A stretch of 64,000 bases of DNA from Chrysomallon squamiferum (GCA_012295275.1 CM022677.1:4216001-4280000), one strand, 5' to 3'; positions 29,271 through 52,431 are shown, numbered from the stretch's first letter. Notes: generated by a model not told the origin, from the sequence alone. Translations and numbers: made by a program.

Positions 29271-29673
29271 TATATATATATATATATTATATAATTCTCC
29301 CCAAAAAGTTTTAAAAAAAACATTATTTCTTCTTAACTTTTTTAAATCCTGACATCTACAAAATCAAACCCATTGCACCTTATCTAAAAAACAGTAATCA
29401 GAATGAAAAAATCATGCTGAAATTTCTTAACATTAAAAATGTTAAGGCACATTCAAATATTTTAAAAAAAAAAAAAATAATTAAAGACTAGTTTTTGTCT
29501 GTTTTTAGTTTTATTATTTATATACTGATCAATATCTTTGTTATTTGTTGTCAACCAGCAAAAGATAATCTGATTTAATCATTATTTTTTATATATACAT
29601 TTTGTTCGATTTTACAAAAACAAATAATTAAAGCACTAGAATGAACACTAATCAACAAAAATGGCATTCTGTA

Positions 29674-29751
<78 letters not shown>

Positions 29752-29753
29752 CA

Positions 29754-29883
29754 GTCTTTTTTGGTTATTTACAAACTCAATAAATAGACATATTTCCCTT
29801 AGACCATTAATAGATGCTATTTCATATGCATTAATGGTCTAAGGGAAATAACTCTATTTAACGTGTTTGTAAATACAAAAGAC
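29754..29883. mobile_element. ~130-bp palindromic element (MITE/foldback-like)
   Basis: Perfect 21-bp inverted repeat 29791-29811 / 29830-29850, extended by imperfect arms; no TSD identified. Confidence 0.45.
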
Positions 29884-30384
29884 AGCTAAATTCTATTTAC
29901 TACTTTTAGATTTATTCGGCTAATTCTATAAAAAAAAAAAAAAAATAGAGCAAAATATTCAAATATTAATTTAAACAGTTTCTAAACAACCAGTTTCCAT
30001 TATTTGTTGGTTTTTTTGATTTATTATTATTACTTAATTAATTACTGTAAAATTCCTATTTCGCTTAAAACCCTTTTTTTTTTTTGATTTGCCCCTTGAA
30101 TAAGAACAATGGATTTTTCATACAACAAATAAATCTTGAGCAGTCAAGATCACTCTGCATAATGTTACTAATCAAACTGAAGTTTATTAAATAGGAAGTA
30201 TAATTACAATAGCATTTCAAGACAAAATTAAACCTCTATTTTTGTAACAATGCATTCCAATAATGAATTATAGATTATAGTGACATATGCCTTTAAGATT
30301 TTGTATTATGAGCCCATTACACTTTTATTTGATGTCACAGACTGTCATAATGAAGCAAATTAATTATAATTTTTTTTTTTTTAG

Positions 30385-30428
<44 letters not shown>

Positions 30429-31109
30429 CATCATCATCATACATTGTTTCATTTTCATTTTCTTTAAAATAAAAATTACTGCAAATTAGTTTTTAAAAAA
30501 GATACTGGTTTTAACAGAGCTAAAATTATTGTTTTAGACTATTTCATTTCTGCTTTTTTCAAATATCTTTTAATGTTAGTAACAACAATTCAGAATCAAG
30601 ACAATAATATAATAATAAATCATTAAAATAATCCAATTAATAATTATATTTTTATATCTTACTGTTCATTTTTTAAAAACAAGACAACAATCAAAACACT
30701 TGGAACTTGTATTTATTTAAAACAAAACCCCAACAAACAAACAACACTACATATATCTAGAAAGAAATATATATATATATAATAATATACGTACGTATGA
30801 CCCGACATCACAGAATAAATATAATGACTATTTTGAAAGCTACATTTACGATGAATTTATTATTATAATTATTATTCATAATTCCTAAATGGTTGCCTGG
30901 CAGCAGATCTAGAAATCTTGGGTGAATAATAAAAACATTTTTGGCCCAAAATATCAACAGGTAACAGGTCAATTTAAAAAAAAAAAAATTAAAAAAAAAA
31001 ATTAAAAGCACAAGATCCCTCGTTATTATATATATATAAATTGCACAACAAATTCATAATTTTTTTCCTTCTTGTTTTGTTTTTGTAATCTTTAAATTTG
31101 AAACAAAAT

Positions 31110-31146
<37 letters not shown>

Positions 31147-31193
31147 AAAAAGTACATGTACAAATTAAAACCAAGTTTAAACCAGTTGTCATA

Positions 31194-31485
31194 AATATAT
31201 CATCAGTAACATGGTTTTGGAAAATAATTTTTTTTAATTTTTAATTATTTAATTCTTTGCTTGTGATAGGTATGTTTCTAAACTAGGAATAAGTATGAAA
31301 ATATTATCTTTTCCAACAAATCAAATTAAAAACAAAAATATATCATCAGTAACATGGTTTTGGAAAATAAAATGTTTTAATTTTTAATTATTTAATTTTT
31401 TGCTTGTGATAGGTATGTTTCTAAACTAGGAATAAGTATGAAAATATTACCTTTTCCCACAAATCAAATTAAAAACAAAAATATC
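31194..31485. repeat. ~143-bp near-identical tandem duplication
   Basis: ATATATCATCAGTAACATGG..ATCAAATTAAAAACAAAA occurs twice. Confidence 0.9.
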
Positions 31486-34171
31486 CAACATATAATGATG
31501 AGCATGAGTGGTTGCTATTCATGGGGGGGGGCAAGGGGTCATTAAGGGAAGGGGTTAACAATAAAATATTTTTTTAAATTATATTATTGATTAGCAAAAT
31601 ATAATTAACTTACCATATCTAATTAGTTTTCAGATTTTAAAAATAATTATATAAAATTCAGAGATTAAAAATAAAAAAATATTTTTAATGAAGATAATAT
31701 ATATTAACGATTGACTGATAAATGATTATATTTAAAAAAAAATAAAAAAAAATTTCCTCCTGCAAGCAATCCAAGGGACTTAATTTTCAATCATGTGTCA
31801 TATTAGTTATCTGTTGTGGGTTATTTTGTTTTTTATTAATAAAAAAAAAGAGAATATGACTTGGTCCCAACTTATTATAAATCTGTAAATGTTCATAGCT
31901 TACATTTGTGTTTATCATTATCATTTTTATTAGTATTATTTATTTACTAATAGATATTATAAAATTAAAAAAGAAATGAAAAAAACAGAAAAAAAAATGT
32001 AGCCATTTGGAAAATCGAATCGATTCAGAATTCAATTCCCTATGAACATTAATTAATACAAAATCATGTAATGCTATTAAAAGAAAGTAATGATATTATT
32101 ATATAGTTTAAAAATAATTTTAATTTTTTTTTTTATAAAAGTGCTTTTTTCATTTATTTTATCTCTTTTTTTTATTTTAGCATAAAATAAAAATAATGTA
32201 TCAGTGAGAAAAGAAAACAAAAAAAAAAAAATATGATAATGATGAAAAAATGTTATGTGTAATTATAATTCTTATATACATATACAGAAAGTGTTCAGTG
32301 TTTATCTGCTTGGTTGTAGTTTTGATATTTTTAAAAACGTCTTAACAGAAAAATAATGATAATGAAAAATGAACTGACTCAAAAAAAAAAAAAAAGAAAA
32401 AAGAAAGAAAAATAAATAATAATAAATAAATAAATAACTACATTAACTCATTTCTTATACTATTATTAAAAATGTTTACTTTTATACTTTAACTTCTTTC
32501 CATTTATTACAATTCTATAAAATATTTCCCCAATTATACACCTTGAAATGTGCTTTGTATGAAATAAATAAAATATATTATTAAAGGAAAAATCTTCAAG
32601 TTACTAATACCAGGTAGCCAAATAAAAAATATATATTGAATAATATATAAATATATATAAATTTAATTTAAAATAGGACAATAGTTTTATTTATTTGTTT
32701 TACAGGTTTTGGTTTGGCAGTTGCCACAGTGTAAAACATGACAAGATTATGAAACAGACAATACATGTTTCAATAAACAAGAATGCCATCTCTACAGTAA
32801 ATAAAATAAAATTAAAAATAATGATACATAATACATAATGCATAAAGGCCATAACAACATCAAAAGCTGCACAACAGTAATGCTATGTACAACTGCATGG
32901 AAAATAGAATTTCTTATCAAATAATGGATGAACAAAAAAACAAAAAATTAATAAAATTAAAATAAAAATCATTTTAAATACTAATATAAGGAAGCTCATC
33001 AGAGAATTTTGACAGAAACTAAACAATATATATATAATATATATAAATGAAGAAATACAGATGAATTTTTTTCCTGCATTTTGTAAAAAATACATTAACT
33101 GACATTTATGTGAAATCTGTAAAGTTTATGAATGTCACAAAAGCAAATTGTTTTTATAGCAACAGTTTGCTATATATATATATATATATATATATATGTT
33201 TTGGATTTAAAACTGTCATCTGTATCACACAATCTAGCATTTTATAATTTAATCAGTTTAATGGATTAATTTTATTAAAATAATTTGGATGACAAAAAAC
33301 AAAACATTGGATGCAAATTTTGCTTTGTCTATTTTTCAACAGATAATTGCACAATAGGGTAGGGTTGAGTTAAATTGTTAATTTAACTGCAAAATAGTAA
33401 TGTTAAAAATTAAATTACAAATTTAAGGCGGATATAAAAAGAATAAAAATTAAAATAAAAATAAAATTGAAAAATGATTAATAACAAAATTCTATTTTGG
33501 TCCCAAACACATTAAAATAATTATAATAATATAATAAACAAATAAATAAACAAAAATATGAATAAATAGTCATTTAAAATAAAATAATAAAAAAATATAT
33601 ATAAAAAAGGTAATAAATAAACATTAAAAAAATAAATAAATAAATTAAATGAAGTTTTATTTCTTTACATAAATTTATCTCCCTTTATAATCCTTCGCTA
33701 GAAAATAAGAATCAGAGGTAGATTTATGATAAACAAAATATAATAACATTTATTTCATAAGTAAATTTTAAAATATAAATAATGTTGGTCTGCTTAATAA
33801 ATAAATATGGTTTCTCACAATGCAGTAAGTTAGACTGATCTTTTAACAAAAAAATAAATATATATAAACATTCTCTGCTGAAATGATTGTACAGTGAAAT
33901 TATATTTAAAAAGACTAGTTTAATTCAAAATAGGTTTTCAATTCAAATGTTAGAATTTCACTTAATAATTAACAATAATGAACACTGAATATTGCCCAAA
34001 CAAATTCAAATATTTTCTTTGGATGTTTGAAGAAAATTTTAAACTTCTGTAATGAAATTTTACAAGAGAAAATTGACAACAACAATAACAAAAAAAAAAG
34101 ATGTAGAAATCTAAATGCAAAGAGACAAAAATTTGGTAATGAATTGTGATTTCAGCAAATTAACAAACAAC

Positions 34172-34216
<45 letters not shown>

Positions 34217-37200
34217 TTATTCAAACGAAAGCAATGATAATGCAAAAATACAAACAAAAATCTTGCTGAAAATTAAACCAAGTGAAATAACCACAATTTA
34301 ATTTTAAACTGATGAAAAAAAAAATAAGATGTAATTACTCACAAACAAGCTTATTAAAAACAAACTGCTCAATTATTAAAGGAAAATAAAACAAGTACAA
34401 CAAACAGCAACTCAAATATAAAAGATATCACACTGCCATTTATTTGTCAAAAATATTTGTAAACGTAACACAGCCTTGTTGAAAAGAATGCCACTAGAAT
34501 TAATCTTTAGTAATTTCAATATGTGGAAGAGAAATAATACATATACATATATATATTTTTTTAAATATAACTGATCTTATTTTAATGAATTAGCTTAAAT
34601 GAAATACAAGCAAAGAAATTTAACTCAACTATAAAAATGAAAAAAAAGAAAAAGAATAATCACCGTTTTTTGTCTAAAATTTGTTTATCTGGAAAATATT
34701 TCATAATTACTAGTCAAGGGAAGCAACCCCAGATGTTACCCATCTCACCACAATCAAGAAAAGTAATTATAAAAATGACCAAATATTTGAGTTTTCATTT
34801 TTTAAAGCATAACTTAAAAAGTCTTTGTTATTTTTCCTTTTTAGTATTTTTAATTAATAAAAAAATTAAAAAGTTAAGAACTTTCAGTTTTGATTTCATA
34901 TTCTTTTGTCAATTTCTAAAATAAATATAAATTACATATAATTTATTTTTTTAAAATGGTAAATAATTAAATTATTAGAAGATCCAGTTACACTGAAATC
35001 ACAATTATTACAGTAAAACAATAATAATGAATACAATAAAAATAAAATTAAAATAATCATTTTATTTCAGTTTTCATTGTGCTTTGTTCACAAATTATAT
35101 TCCAAAAACATATTTATAAATATGATACTTTTTAAAGATTTTCATAAATTATGTTGCAAACTACAAGCATGAAATAAACATTTCATGTTATGAATATGAC
35201 TAGATTTAATTTTCAAAAATGTATATATATATATATAAATATATTAAAGTGATGAATACAGAAAAACAATAAAGGTGCATAAGCCTGTGTTTGTTATAAA
35301 TATTTATTTATGTTATCTCTTGTGATTTATAAAGTTACAATTCCAAGATTTACAATAAATTATAATATTAACTCAAAGTGAGACAGATGTCATACTTGTG
35401 ATAACAACTTAACCAAATGGGACAGTCAAAAATCAAACATGACAGTCAAAATCATAGTATTACCTAATCCGACAGTCAAAAATCTGACATGTCTAACAGT
35501 GAAACATTACAGCTTTACATAACTGCACAGTCAAAACTGAGAAATACTAAACCAGAACATTATGGAACATTACTAAATCTATCAGTTAAAATCAGAATAA
35601 TATCAAATTTGACACTGAAAATCAAAATACTAATAAGCCAAATACAAATATAATTCATAACATTTTTATTAAAAAGAAAGAACAAATGTGTTTTAAAATA
35701 TTAATGACAAAAACAAGAAATAAGTCAAAATAAAAATGTATAGAGCATTTAAATAATAATAATAATAAAAAATATAATAATAATAATAAAAAAAAATAAT
35801 AATAATAATAATAAATAAAAAAATACATAAAAATAAAACATTATACATGTGTTAGTTTTAATTTTTTAATTATATGTATATTATAGGTTTTGTAATAGGT
35901 AACTTTAAAAAAAATAATAATAACAAATTAAAAGTGACAATATGAAGTACAGCTGGTTTGTTTTAGAATTAATTTTTTTATATTATTATTATAATTACTG
36001 TGGTATTTCTTTCAACTGAGAATGGGTCAAATCAACAAAATGGGTTAACATGATCAATTCTTATTATGATATTTGAGCAAATAAGCAAGAAGCTGAGGTT
36101 ATATAAATATAAATGTGTTTGTGTAGGTAGTGTGATGTGTGTCCCTGTGTATACAATGTATGTATGAATAAAAATGTTTGTAGATTTATATTTGCAGTGC
36201 AGTCCAATGTCTTCCAGCCAACCAGAAAAATAAGAAAATATTTATCAAAGACAAAATATATCCTCAAAATTACCACAACATTCAAAGCAAGACCAGCATA
36301 TTATAATTATATCTGTACAAATACTATAAAAATTAGAGATGGCATCTTGTCTATTACTTCAAGAAATGTTAAAAATTAAATAGAGTTCTTTATGGCCTAT
36401 TTTATTTGGTCATAAGTTAAAGTCTGGTTTGAACTGTACCAAAAAACCCTGGACCTAAATAATGCTTACAAATGTTTTCATTTACCTAATTCTGGATATT
36501 AAATAAATTTGTAAATTTTATTATGTTTTATTGGTTAAAGGTGCTGCCTGTTGTTAAGAATATTTTTTTTCAGTAATTTCTTTTGAAAAATTTCGTAATC
36601 AAAAAACCTAACAAAATATTTTAAGTTGATGAATTAATAACAGTAATACTAATAAAAGGAAACCAATATTATTTTTAAGATATTTGGTTTTAATTTTTAA
36701 CTTTCATTTTTATATTTTCAAACAGTGGTTTCATAATAATAGTAATAATTGTAAAATAAAAATAATTAATAATGAATCATTTACAATCTGAAAAAAACAA
36801 AATAAAAACAACATAAAATAAAAACCATTGTACAGTCAGTTATTAATCGTTATTATTTCTTTATTCTTGTCAATATTTAAAAACAAAATATTGCTTTATA
36901 ACTAGTATATATGAAACTATCAATTAAAAGACCTGCAATTAAATAAAAATAATAAAATAACAAAGTTAATGAAGAAGACAAAAAAATAACCATCAACTAA
37001 AAACTTTAGAGAATTTTTTTTTTTTTTTTTGAGATGACAAGGATATAATGACTAATTAAAAAATAGATATTTTGCCTCAGTTTGTTAAACTAAACATGCA
37101 GAATTTGCATTAGTCAAAAATATTAAAAATGTAATAATAATAATTTAAAAAATAATTTTCCTTTTCTGACAGCTCACAGTTATGCAGATCTATTTTATGG

Positions 37201-37618
37201 AACCGGAAAGCATAATTAAAAATATGGAGCAGTTTCTATTAAAATATGGAGCAGTATTAATATTAACAAATTATCTTGAGTTATTAATGTAATTAATAAA
37301 ATATTAAGTTATTTTCGTTGATTTTAAACTGTGCTTCTGATAATTTGAGAATAAATGACTAAACATGATTTTCTAAAATGTTACTGCGAGTTAGTTCTAG
37401 TTCAGAAATATGATTTACACTGAGACAAGAAAATCGGGGAGTGTCGTGGGTACGACCTCCATTTCCGTATTTCTTATGTTTTATGCATCTTCAGCATCAC
37501 TTAATAAAGAATAAATACATAAAATAAAAACTAATTTAACTTGTCTCATAATATTTTATTATTCATTTGTTTGTTAGTTTGTTATAATCAAAGTAAGTAA
37601 ATTAATTATTATTATTAT

Positions 37619-37677
<59 letters not shown>

Positions 37678-38375
37678 TTATGAACAACTGACCATGGATA
37701 CTAACTTTTCATAACTTAAGGGAAATAACCCTCATTTGATAAAACTTCTGCAAATGAATTTTGAATTGTTAAACCATATGAAATAATGAAAGAAAGCAAA
37801 TACAATTTCCCACCCAAATTAAAAACAAAATCAGTAATAATAAACACCCTGAAAACAATTTTAGATCTTTTTTTTATTTACCAAGAAACACTAACAGTGA
37901 ATTAAAAAATCAAATTCAACAGCAAAATTGTAACAAATATAACAATTAATGAATTAAAAATGCCCATAAAAAACATAATACTGATACTGTCAAATTACAT
38001 GTGCATTATAAACAATGAAACAAAAACAATGTAAAAAGAAAATATAATTTAACTACAGTTGTCATTTATTTACACCTGTTTTAAATTATTACATTGGATA
38101 ATTAATTACATTATTTAACAGGATATAGTATTAAAAATTAATCTAGACACCTGGGTTTTATTTTTAAAGTCTGCACAGTAAACTGATTCGATGCTTTATT
38201 TGCTGAGTTTATTTTCTAATTTATGCAGATATATGCAGGCACATAAATGAATGCACTAAAGTACAAACACATACAAGACACAAAACAAACACTGAAAATA
38301 ACACATATACAAACATTACAATATTCACACAGAAACACACACTCACACATGCACTTAGGCAAAACCCACAAATAC

Positions 38376-39042
38376 ACACAGACATGCCTACATACAAAAT
38401 GACATACAGACACACACACACATGCAGACATACCAATACACATACTGACATACACATACAGTATCCCCACACACACACACATAGACATGCCTACATACAA
38501 AATGACATACAGACACACACACACATGCAGACATACCAATATACATACTGACATACACATACAGTATCCCCACACACACACACACACACACAGACATGCC
38601 TACATACAAAATGACATACAGACACACACACACATGCAGACAATGCACACATACCAATACACATACAGTATCCCCACACACATACACATGCAGACATACC
38701 AATACACATACCAATACACATACAGTATCCCCACACATACACACAGACATGCCTACATACAAAATGACATACAGACACACACACACATGCAGACATACCA
38801 ATACACATACCAATACACATACAGTATCCCCACACATACACACAGACATGCCTACATACAAAATGACATACACACACACACATGCAGACATACCAATATA
38901 CATACTGACATACACACACATGCAGTATCCCCACACATACACACAGACATGCCTACATACAAAATGACATACACACACACACACACATGCAGACATACCA
39001 ATACACATACTGACATACACATAAGTATCCCCACACATACAG
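38376..39042. repeat. CA-rich compound minisatellite, ~95-110-bp units, ~6 copies
   Basis: Recurring CAGACATGCCTACATACAAAATGACATAC and CAGTATCCCCAC. Confidence 0.9.
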
Positions 39043-40458
39043 TGCAGAACATAAACGTAATAAATAATAACTTATATTATCAAAAACAGTTCTTATAAAA
39101 ACACTTCAAGTGAAAACAACAAAGATAAAGTAATAGAAATAAACTTTGGTCCATGTATATTACAAAAATATTAGTATCAGTGTGTGTGAATTAACAGCAT
39201 ATTTTATCATGTTATTCTGTGTATCAGAAAATGCTGAATAGATCATTAAAAAAATCATACGACAAGATGGTAAAAATTGTTAATTTCTATATCAGAATAC
39301 TGGATAGAGTAGCAATAACTGTAACTATCATCAGATGAAGTGGATGATAATCATCATTTTCTGCATCACTTCTCTGTATTAGATCTGTTAAGTTGTACGG
39401 CTAAAATTATCATTCTTTGTATCAGAAAATTTTCTACAGAAATTTTTGAAATAATTTTCTATGAAGTGGAATTGACATTATCTACATCAGAAAATACAGA
39501 CAGGCATAGAAAACTTAACCTCTGTAATCAGAGAAAAACTGGACAGATTATTAACAATACCACTTTATTATCAAGTGGGACAAAAGAAAATATGTCAGAA
39601 AATTCAGAATATTAAATAATATTAATTTATCCTAATACAAACTGGAAAAGAGAAAAAATACTATTCTCTCAGAATGTACCTGATAGAAATGTAATTGAAA
39701 ACAGTTTTCTATCATCAGATAAACTACACAATCACTTTCACCAAGTTCTACTTCAGTGTACACGGGGTGAGCTAATCTGTAAGTGTGACGTTTCCATGAC
39801 TCCTCTGTGTTCTGCACAATTAGCTCATCCTCTTCTCCACTTCTTGTCTGAGAAAAACATTTCAATATTTAATATTAATGTAATTAGGTATTGGTTTGTA
39901 CAGTTTGTATTGTTATATTTATCTTTGTTTGTCACCCAGTAGCTGATATGCTTTAAGCATTCATTCATTTATTCATTAAGTTTGTAAAAACAATAGCTAT
40001 AAAAAATCTCACAGTTATTTAAAAATAAGCTTTCACTCCTGACCATTTCACAAGCAAATGATACCAATACATATAATTACAAATGAAAGGATTTTTTCTG
40101 AAATGTTTTATTTTTTATTTTGTTTATCAGTTACCATTAATTTTGTTTAGTTGTTTTGTTATATGTGAGCCTTTCCATGAGCATCAAGGCAAAAACCAGC
40201 TACTTTGTTTAAACCTAGGTATCATAATTATGCATATACAGTTTATGAATAGGGAAAGACAGTGAAAGAAAGAAAAAAAGTGAAAGAGCGAATCAGAGAG
40301 GCTAGGAGAAAATTAGAGATAGTGAGTTAGAGATAAAAAAGACAATGACATCATCACTATACCTGTCTTTTACCTGCAGTTCTGTACTTTTAACATCAAC
40401 TTTTATGTTAATCCTTGACACTATGAATGGCAAACAAAACGAGCAAGAGACTGACATA

Positions 40459-41165
40459 CTGGGAGTAGAAGGTAAATCAAATGACATTTATATATAATAA
40501 ATCAAACACTAATTGGGAGTAGTAAGTAAATCAAATGACATTTATATATAATAAATCAAACAAATTTATATATAATTAATCAAACACTAATTGGGAGTAG
40601 TAAGTAAACCAAATGACATTTATATATAATTAATCAAACACTAATTGGGAGTAGTAAGTAAACCAAATGACATTTATATATAATTAATCAAACACTAATT
40701 GGGAGTAGTAAGTAAACCAAATGACATTTATATATAATTAATCAAACACTAATTGGGAGTAGTAAGTAAACCAAATGACATTTATATATAATTAATCAAA
40801 CACTAATTGGAAGTAAACCAAATGACATTTATATATAATTAAATCAAATGACATTTATATATAATTAATCAAACACTAATTGGGAGTAGTAAGTAAATCA
40901 AATGACATTTATATATAATTAATCAAACACTAATTGGGAGTAGAAGGTAAATCAAATGACATTTATATATAATTAATCAAACACTAACACTAAGTAAGTG
41001 GGACATTTATATATAATTAATCAAACAAATCAAATGACATTTTATATATAATTAATCAAACACTAACTGGGAGTAGAAGGTAAATCAAATGACATTTATA
41101 TATAATAAATCAAACACTAACTGGGAGTAGAAGATAAATCAAATGACATTTATATATAATAAATC
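40459..41165. repeat. 54-bp minisatellite, ~13 copies
   Basis: AATCAAACACTAATTGGGAGTAGTAAGTAAACCAAATGACATTTATATATAATT units. Confidence 0.93.
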
Positions 41166-41191
41166 ATATATTGATGATTTAAATGGAATAC

Positions 41192-41287
41192 CTCCACTCT
41201 GTTGTAGTAATCTATCTCCTTGTCTACAGACACAGAATCAGACATCAGCATCCATGCTATTCCACTGTTTGAACGAGTAACTGGTTC
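41192..41287 (-). CDS. Candidate C-terminal tail exon of the EGFR-like gene
   Basis: tttgccag acceptor, 96 nt open (EPVTRSNSGIAWMLMSDSVSVDKEIDYYNRVE), GTATTC donor; DYYN resembles a Grb2-type YxN site; linkage to the gene is inference. Confidence 0.35.
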
Positions 41288-41498
41288 CTGGCAAATCAAA
41301 GCAGTTGTAGTAGTAGGAGCAGTAGTAATAGTAGTAGTAGTAGCAGCAGTAGTAGTAGTAGCAGTGGTGGTAGTAGTAGTAGTAGTAGCAGTGGTAGTAG
41401 TGGAAGTGGTAATAGTAGTTGTAGTAGCAGTGGTAGTAGTAGTAGTAGTAGTAGCAGTAGTAGTAGTAGGAGGAGGAGTAGTAATAGTAGTGGAAGTG

Positions 41499-41538
<40 letters not shown>

Positions 41539-42035
41539 AGGAGGAGGGGCAGGAGTAATAAAAACAACAGTAGTAGTTGTAGTAGAAGTAGTTGTAGTAG
41601 TAGTAATAATAACAATATACATTATAATAAGACTAATAATGATAGCAATAGTAATATTAATAATAATTCTAATAAGACAAATATATAAAATACTACTAAT
41701 AATAATAATCATAATAAGATATTACATTATATTAACAGTAAAAAAGTACAATATCATAATAATACAAAATAAAATTCTGATTAAATAACAGAATTCTAAA
41801 AGAAGAAGAGAAGAATATATAACAATAATAGCTTACCTCTTTAATTTATTAACAATCAAAAATTATAAAAAAAACAAAAACAACAACAAACAATAAAATT
41901 AAATATTTACTTGGCAATCTCTGGATTTTTATCACTAAAATAGAAATTTAATTTAAAAAAAAGAAAAAAAGAAAGACAGAAAGAAGTATCTTCACCTTCA
42001 TAAAAACTACTTCCTCTACAGTGCAGTCTGCCTCA

Positions 42036-43708
42036 GTGTGGCCCTGGAAGTTGATGAATCTAACTGGTTTGTAAGTTCTGTGTGGAAGTTGATGAATCTA
42101 ACTGGTTTGTAAGTTCTGTGTGTGGAAGTTGATGAATCTAACTGGTTTGTAAGTTCTGTGTGGGAAGTTGATGAATCTAACTGGTTTGTAAGTTCTGTGT
42201 GGCCCTGTGTGAGTTGAATCTAACTGGTTTGTAAGTTCTGTGTGGAAGTTGATGAATCTAACTGGTTTGTAAGTTCTGTGGAAGTGATGAATCTAACTGG
42301 TTTGGAAGTTCTGTGTTGAGTTGAATCTAACTGGTTTTGTGGAAAGTTCTGTTTGTAAGGCCTGGAAGTTGATGAATCTAACTGGTTTTGTAAGTTCTGT
42401 GTGGAAGTTGATGAATCTAACTGGTTTGTAAGTTCTGTGTGGAAGTTGATGAATCTAACTGGTTTGTAAGTTCTGTGTGGCCCTGGAAGTTGATGAATCT
42501 AACTGGTTTGTAAGTTCTGTGGTGGAAGTTGATGAATCTAACTGGTTTGTAAGTTCTGTGTGGAAGTTGATGAATCTAACTGGTTTGTAAGTTCTGTGTG
42601 GCCCTGGAAGTTGATGAATCTAACTGGTTTGTAAGTTCTGTGTGTGTGGCCCTGGAAGTTGATGAATCTAACTGGTTTGTAAGTTCTGTGTGCCTGGAAG
42701 TTGGAATCCTGGAAGTGGCCTGAAGTTGATGAATCTAACTGGTTTTGGTTTGTGGAAAGAATTCTGTGTGGCCCTGGAAGTTGATGAATCTAACTGGGTT
42801 TGTAAGTTCTGTTTGTGGCCCTGGAAGTTGATGAATCTAACTGGTTTGATGAATCTAACTGGTTTGTAAGTTCTGTGTGGCCCTGGAAGTTGACGAATCT
42901 AACTGGTTTGTAAGTTCTGTGTGGCCCTGGAAGTTGACGAATCTAACTGGTTTGTAAGTTCTGTGTGGCCCTGGAAGTTGATGAATCTAACTGGTTTGTA
43001 TCTAACTGGTTTGTAAGTTCTGTGTGGCCCTGGAAGTTGACGAATCTAACTGGTTTGTAAGTTCTGTGTGGCCTGGAAGTTGACGAATCTAACTGGTTTG
43101 TAAGTTCTGTGTGGCCCTGGAAGTTGACGAATCTAACTGGTTTGTAAGTTCTGTGTGGCCCTGGAAGTTGACGAATCTAACTGGTTTGTAAGTTCTGTGT
43201 GGAAGTTGACGAATCTAACTGGTTTGTAAGTTCTGTGTGGCCTGGAAGTTGACGAATCTAACTGGTTTGTAAGTTCTGTGTGGAAGTTGACGAATCTAAC
43301 TGGTTTGTAAGTTCTGTGTGGCCCTGGAAGTTGACGAATCTAACTGGTTTGTAAGTTCTGTGTGGAAGTTGACGAATCTAACTGGTTTGTAAGTTCTGTG
43401 TGGAAGTTGACGAATCTAACTGGTTTGTAAGTTCTGTGTGGAAGTTGATGAATCTAACTGGTTTGTAAGTTCTGTGTGGCCCTGGAAGTTGACGAATCTA
43501 ACTGGTTTGTAAGTTCTGTGTGTTGATGAATCTAACCCTGTGGAAGTTGATGAATCTAACTGGTTTGTAAGTTCTGTGTGGCCCTGGAAGTTGACGAATC
43601 TAACTGGTTTGTAAGTTCTGTGGCCCTGGAAGTTGACGAATCTAACTGGTTTGTAAGTTCTGTGTGGCCCTGGAAGTTGACGAATCTAACTGGTTTGTAA
43701 GTTCTGTG
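42036..43708. repeat. 38/44-bp minisatellite, ~40 copies (GTGTGG[CCCTGG]AAGTTGAYGAATCTAACTGGTTTGTAAGTTCT)
   Basis: Direct reading. Confidence 0.96.
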
Positions 43709-43874
43709 CTGCAGCTATGAGATGACTTTTTTGTTAACAACGAGGTGAGAGTTGTGCTTCTAAAACGTGAGCAGTCTGTAATGGAAGTCAAACTGCACCA
43801 ACTGGATGGTCACTGGCGAGCTCTGGCACGAAAACCCCAACACCACACTATCAATGTGTGATGCCAATATATTT

Positions 43875-43915
<41 letters not shown>

Positions 43916-44024
43916 TTAGTACTGCATGGGATACTTGACACATAGGATTGAACCTCCTTAGTGGACCCATTGTGCTTTTGTTGTTGTTGTTGTTGTTGTG
44001 TGTGTGTGTGTGTTTGTGTGTTAC

Positions 44025-44390
44025 AGTGTAGGCACTGAAGATGAATTCCATTTTGTATCAACTTGTTTATTTTATAATATCATCTTTAAAGAAATATTTA
44101 TATACAAGATCATCTACATTTAAAATAATCAATTTTTTGACTTCAGAAAATATAAATGCTATAAGGAATCTTGATAAATATGTAATTTAATTTGTAACTA
44201 TATATATATACAACTATATGTTTATATTTTTATTATCCTAATTCTTGTGTTTAGTTTTATTTTCCTATATTTGTATTCTGTAATATATTACACAGCTGTT
44301 TGGGTTTTATAACTGTATTCTTGTTTGTTTTGTGTTTATAATCTTGCTGACTTTGGCAAATAAATAAACAAACTAAACTGAAACTGAATT
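44025..44390 (+). mobile_element. 5'-truncated non-LTR retrotransposon (LINE) 3' remnant
   Basis: VGTEDEFHFVSTCLFY then STFKIINFLTSENINAIRNLDKY matches the EDExHFxxxCxxY C-terminal pattern of LINE ORF2 proteins; followed by a T-rich stretch, AATAAA and an (AAACT/G)n tail. Confidence 0.6.
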
Positions 44391-44429
44391 GTAGTAATAG
44401 TAGTAGTAGAAAGAGCTGCGGTACAGCCC

Positions 44430-52073
<7,644 letters not shown>

Positions 52074-52369
52074 GAGAACTGAGTAGAGTTCCTACAAGCA
52101 ACCAGCTGTCAAACATCTTCTGACACCAATAATCCATGTGTGATTATCACTGATCCATGTTCTCTAATCAGCAATCCATCTTTTAAACATGGATTTGTAT
52201 ATTCTACCTCTTTATCAGTATGGGCTAACCACTAATCCAACATTTCAGAATCCAGCTTCATTGATATTGTCAATGCTTATTAGAAAATTAGTTTTGTGTT
52301 TACATAAATAAACATTTGAACTTGTCAAGTTTTCTAACCACAAACCATTACAATGTGTGGTTTGTTATG

Positions 52370-52431
<62 letters not shown>

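Noticed and set aside
37438-37460. GC-rich mini-hairpin GGAG-T-GTCGT-GGGT-ACGAC-CTCC as a Helitron end
   Set aside because: No adjacent CTRR terminus and no second copy in the window.
43928-43980. Possible SINE head fragment (GGATTGAACCTCC..GGACCCATTG)
   Set aside because: Too short and degenerate to support without a repeat library.
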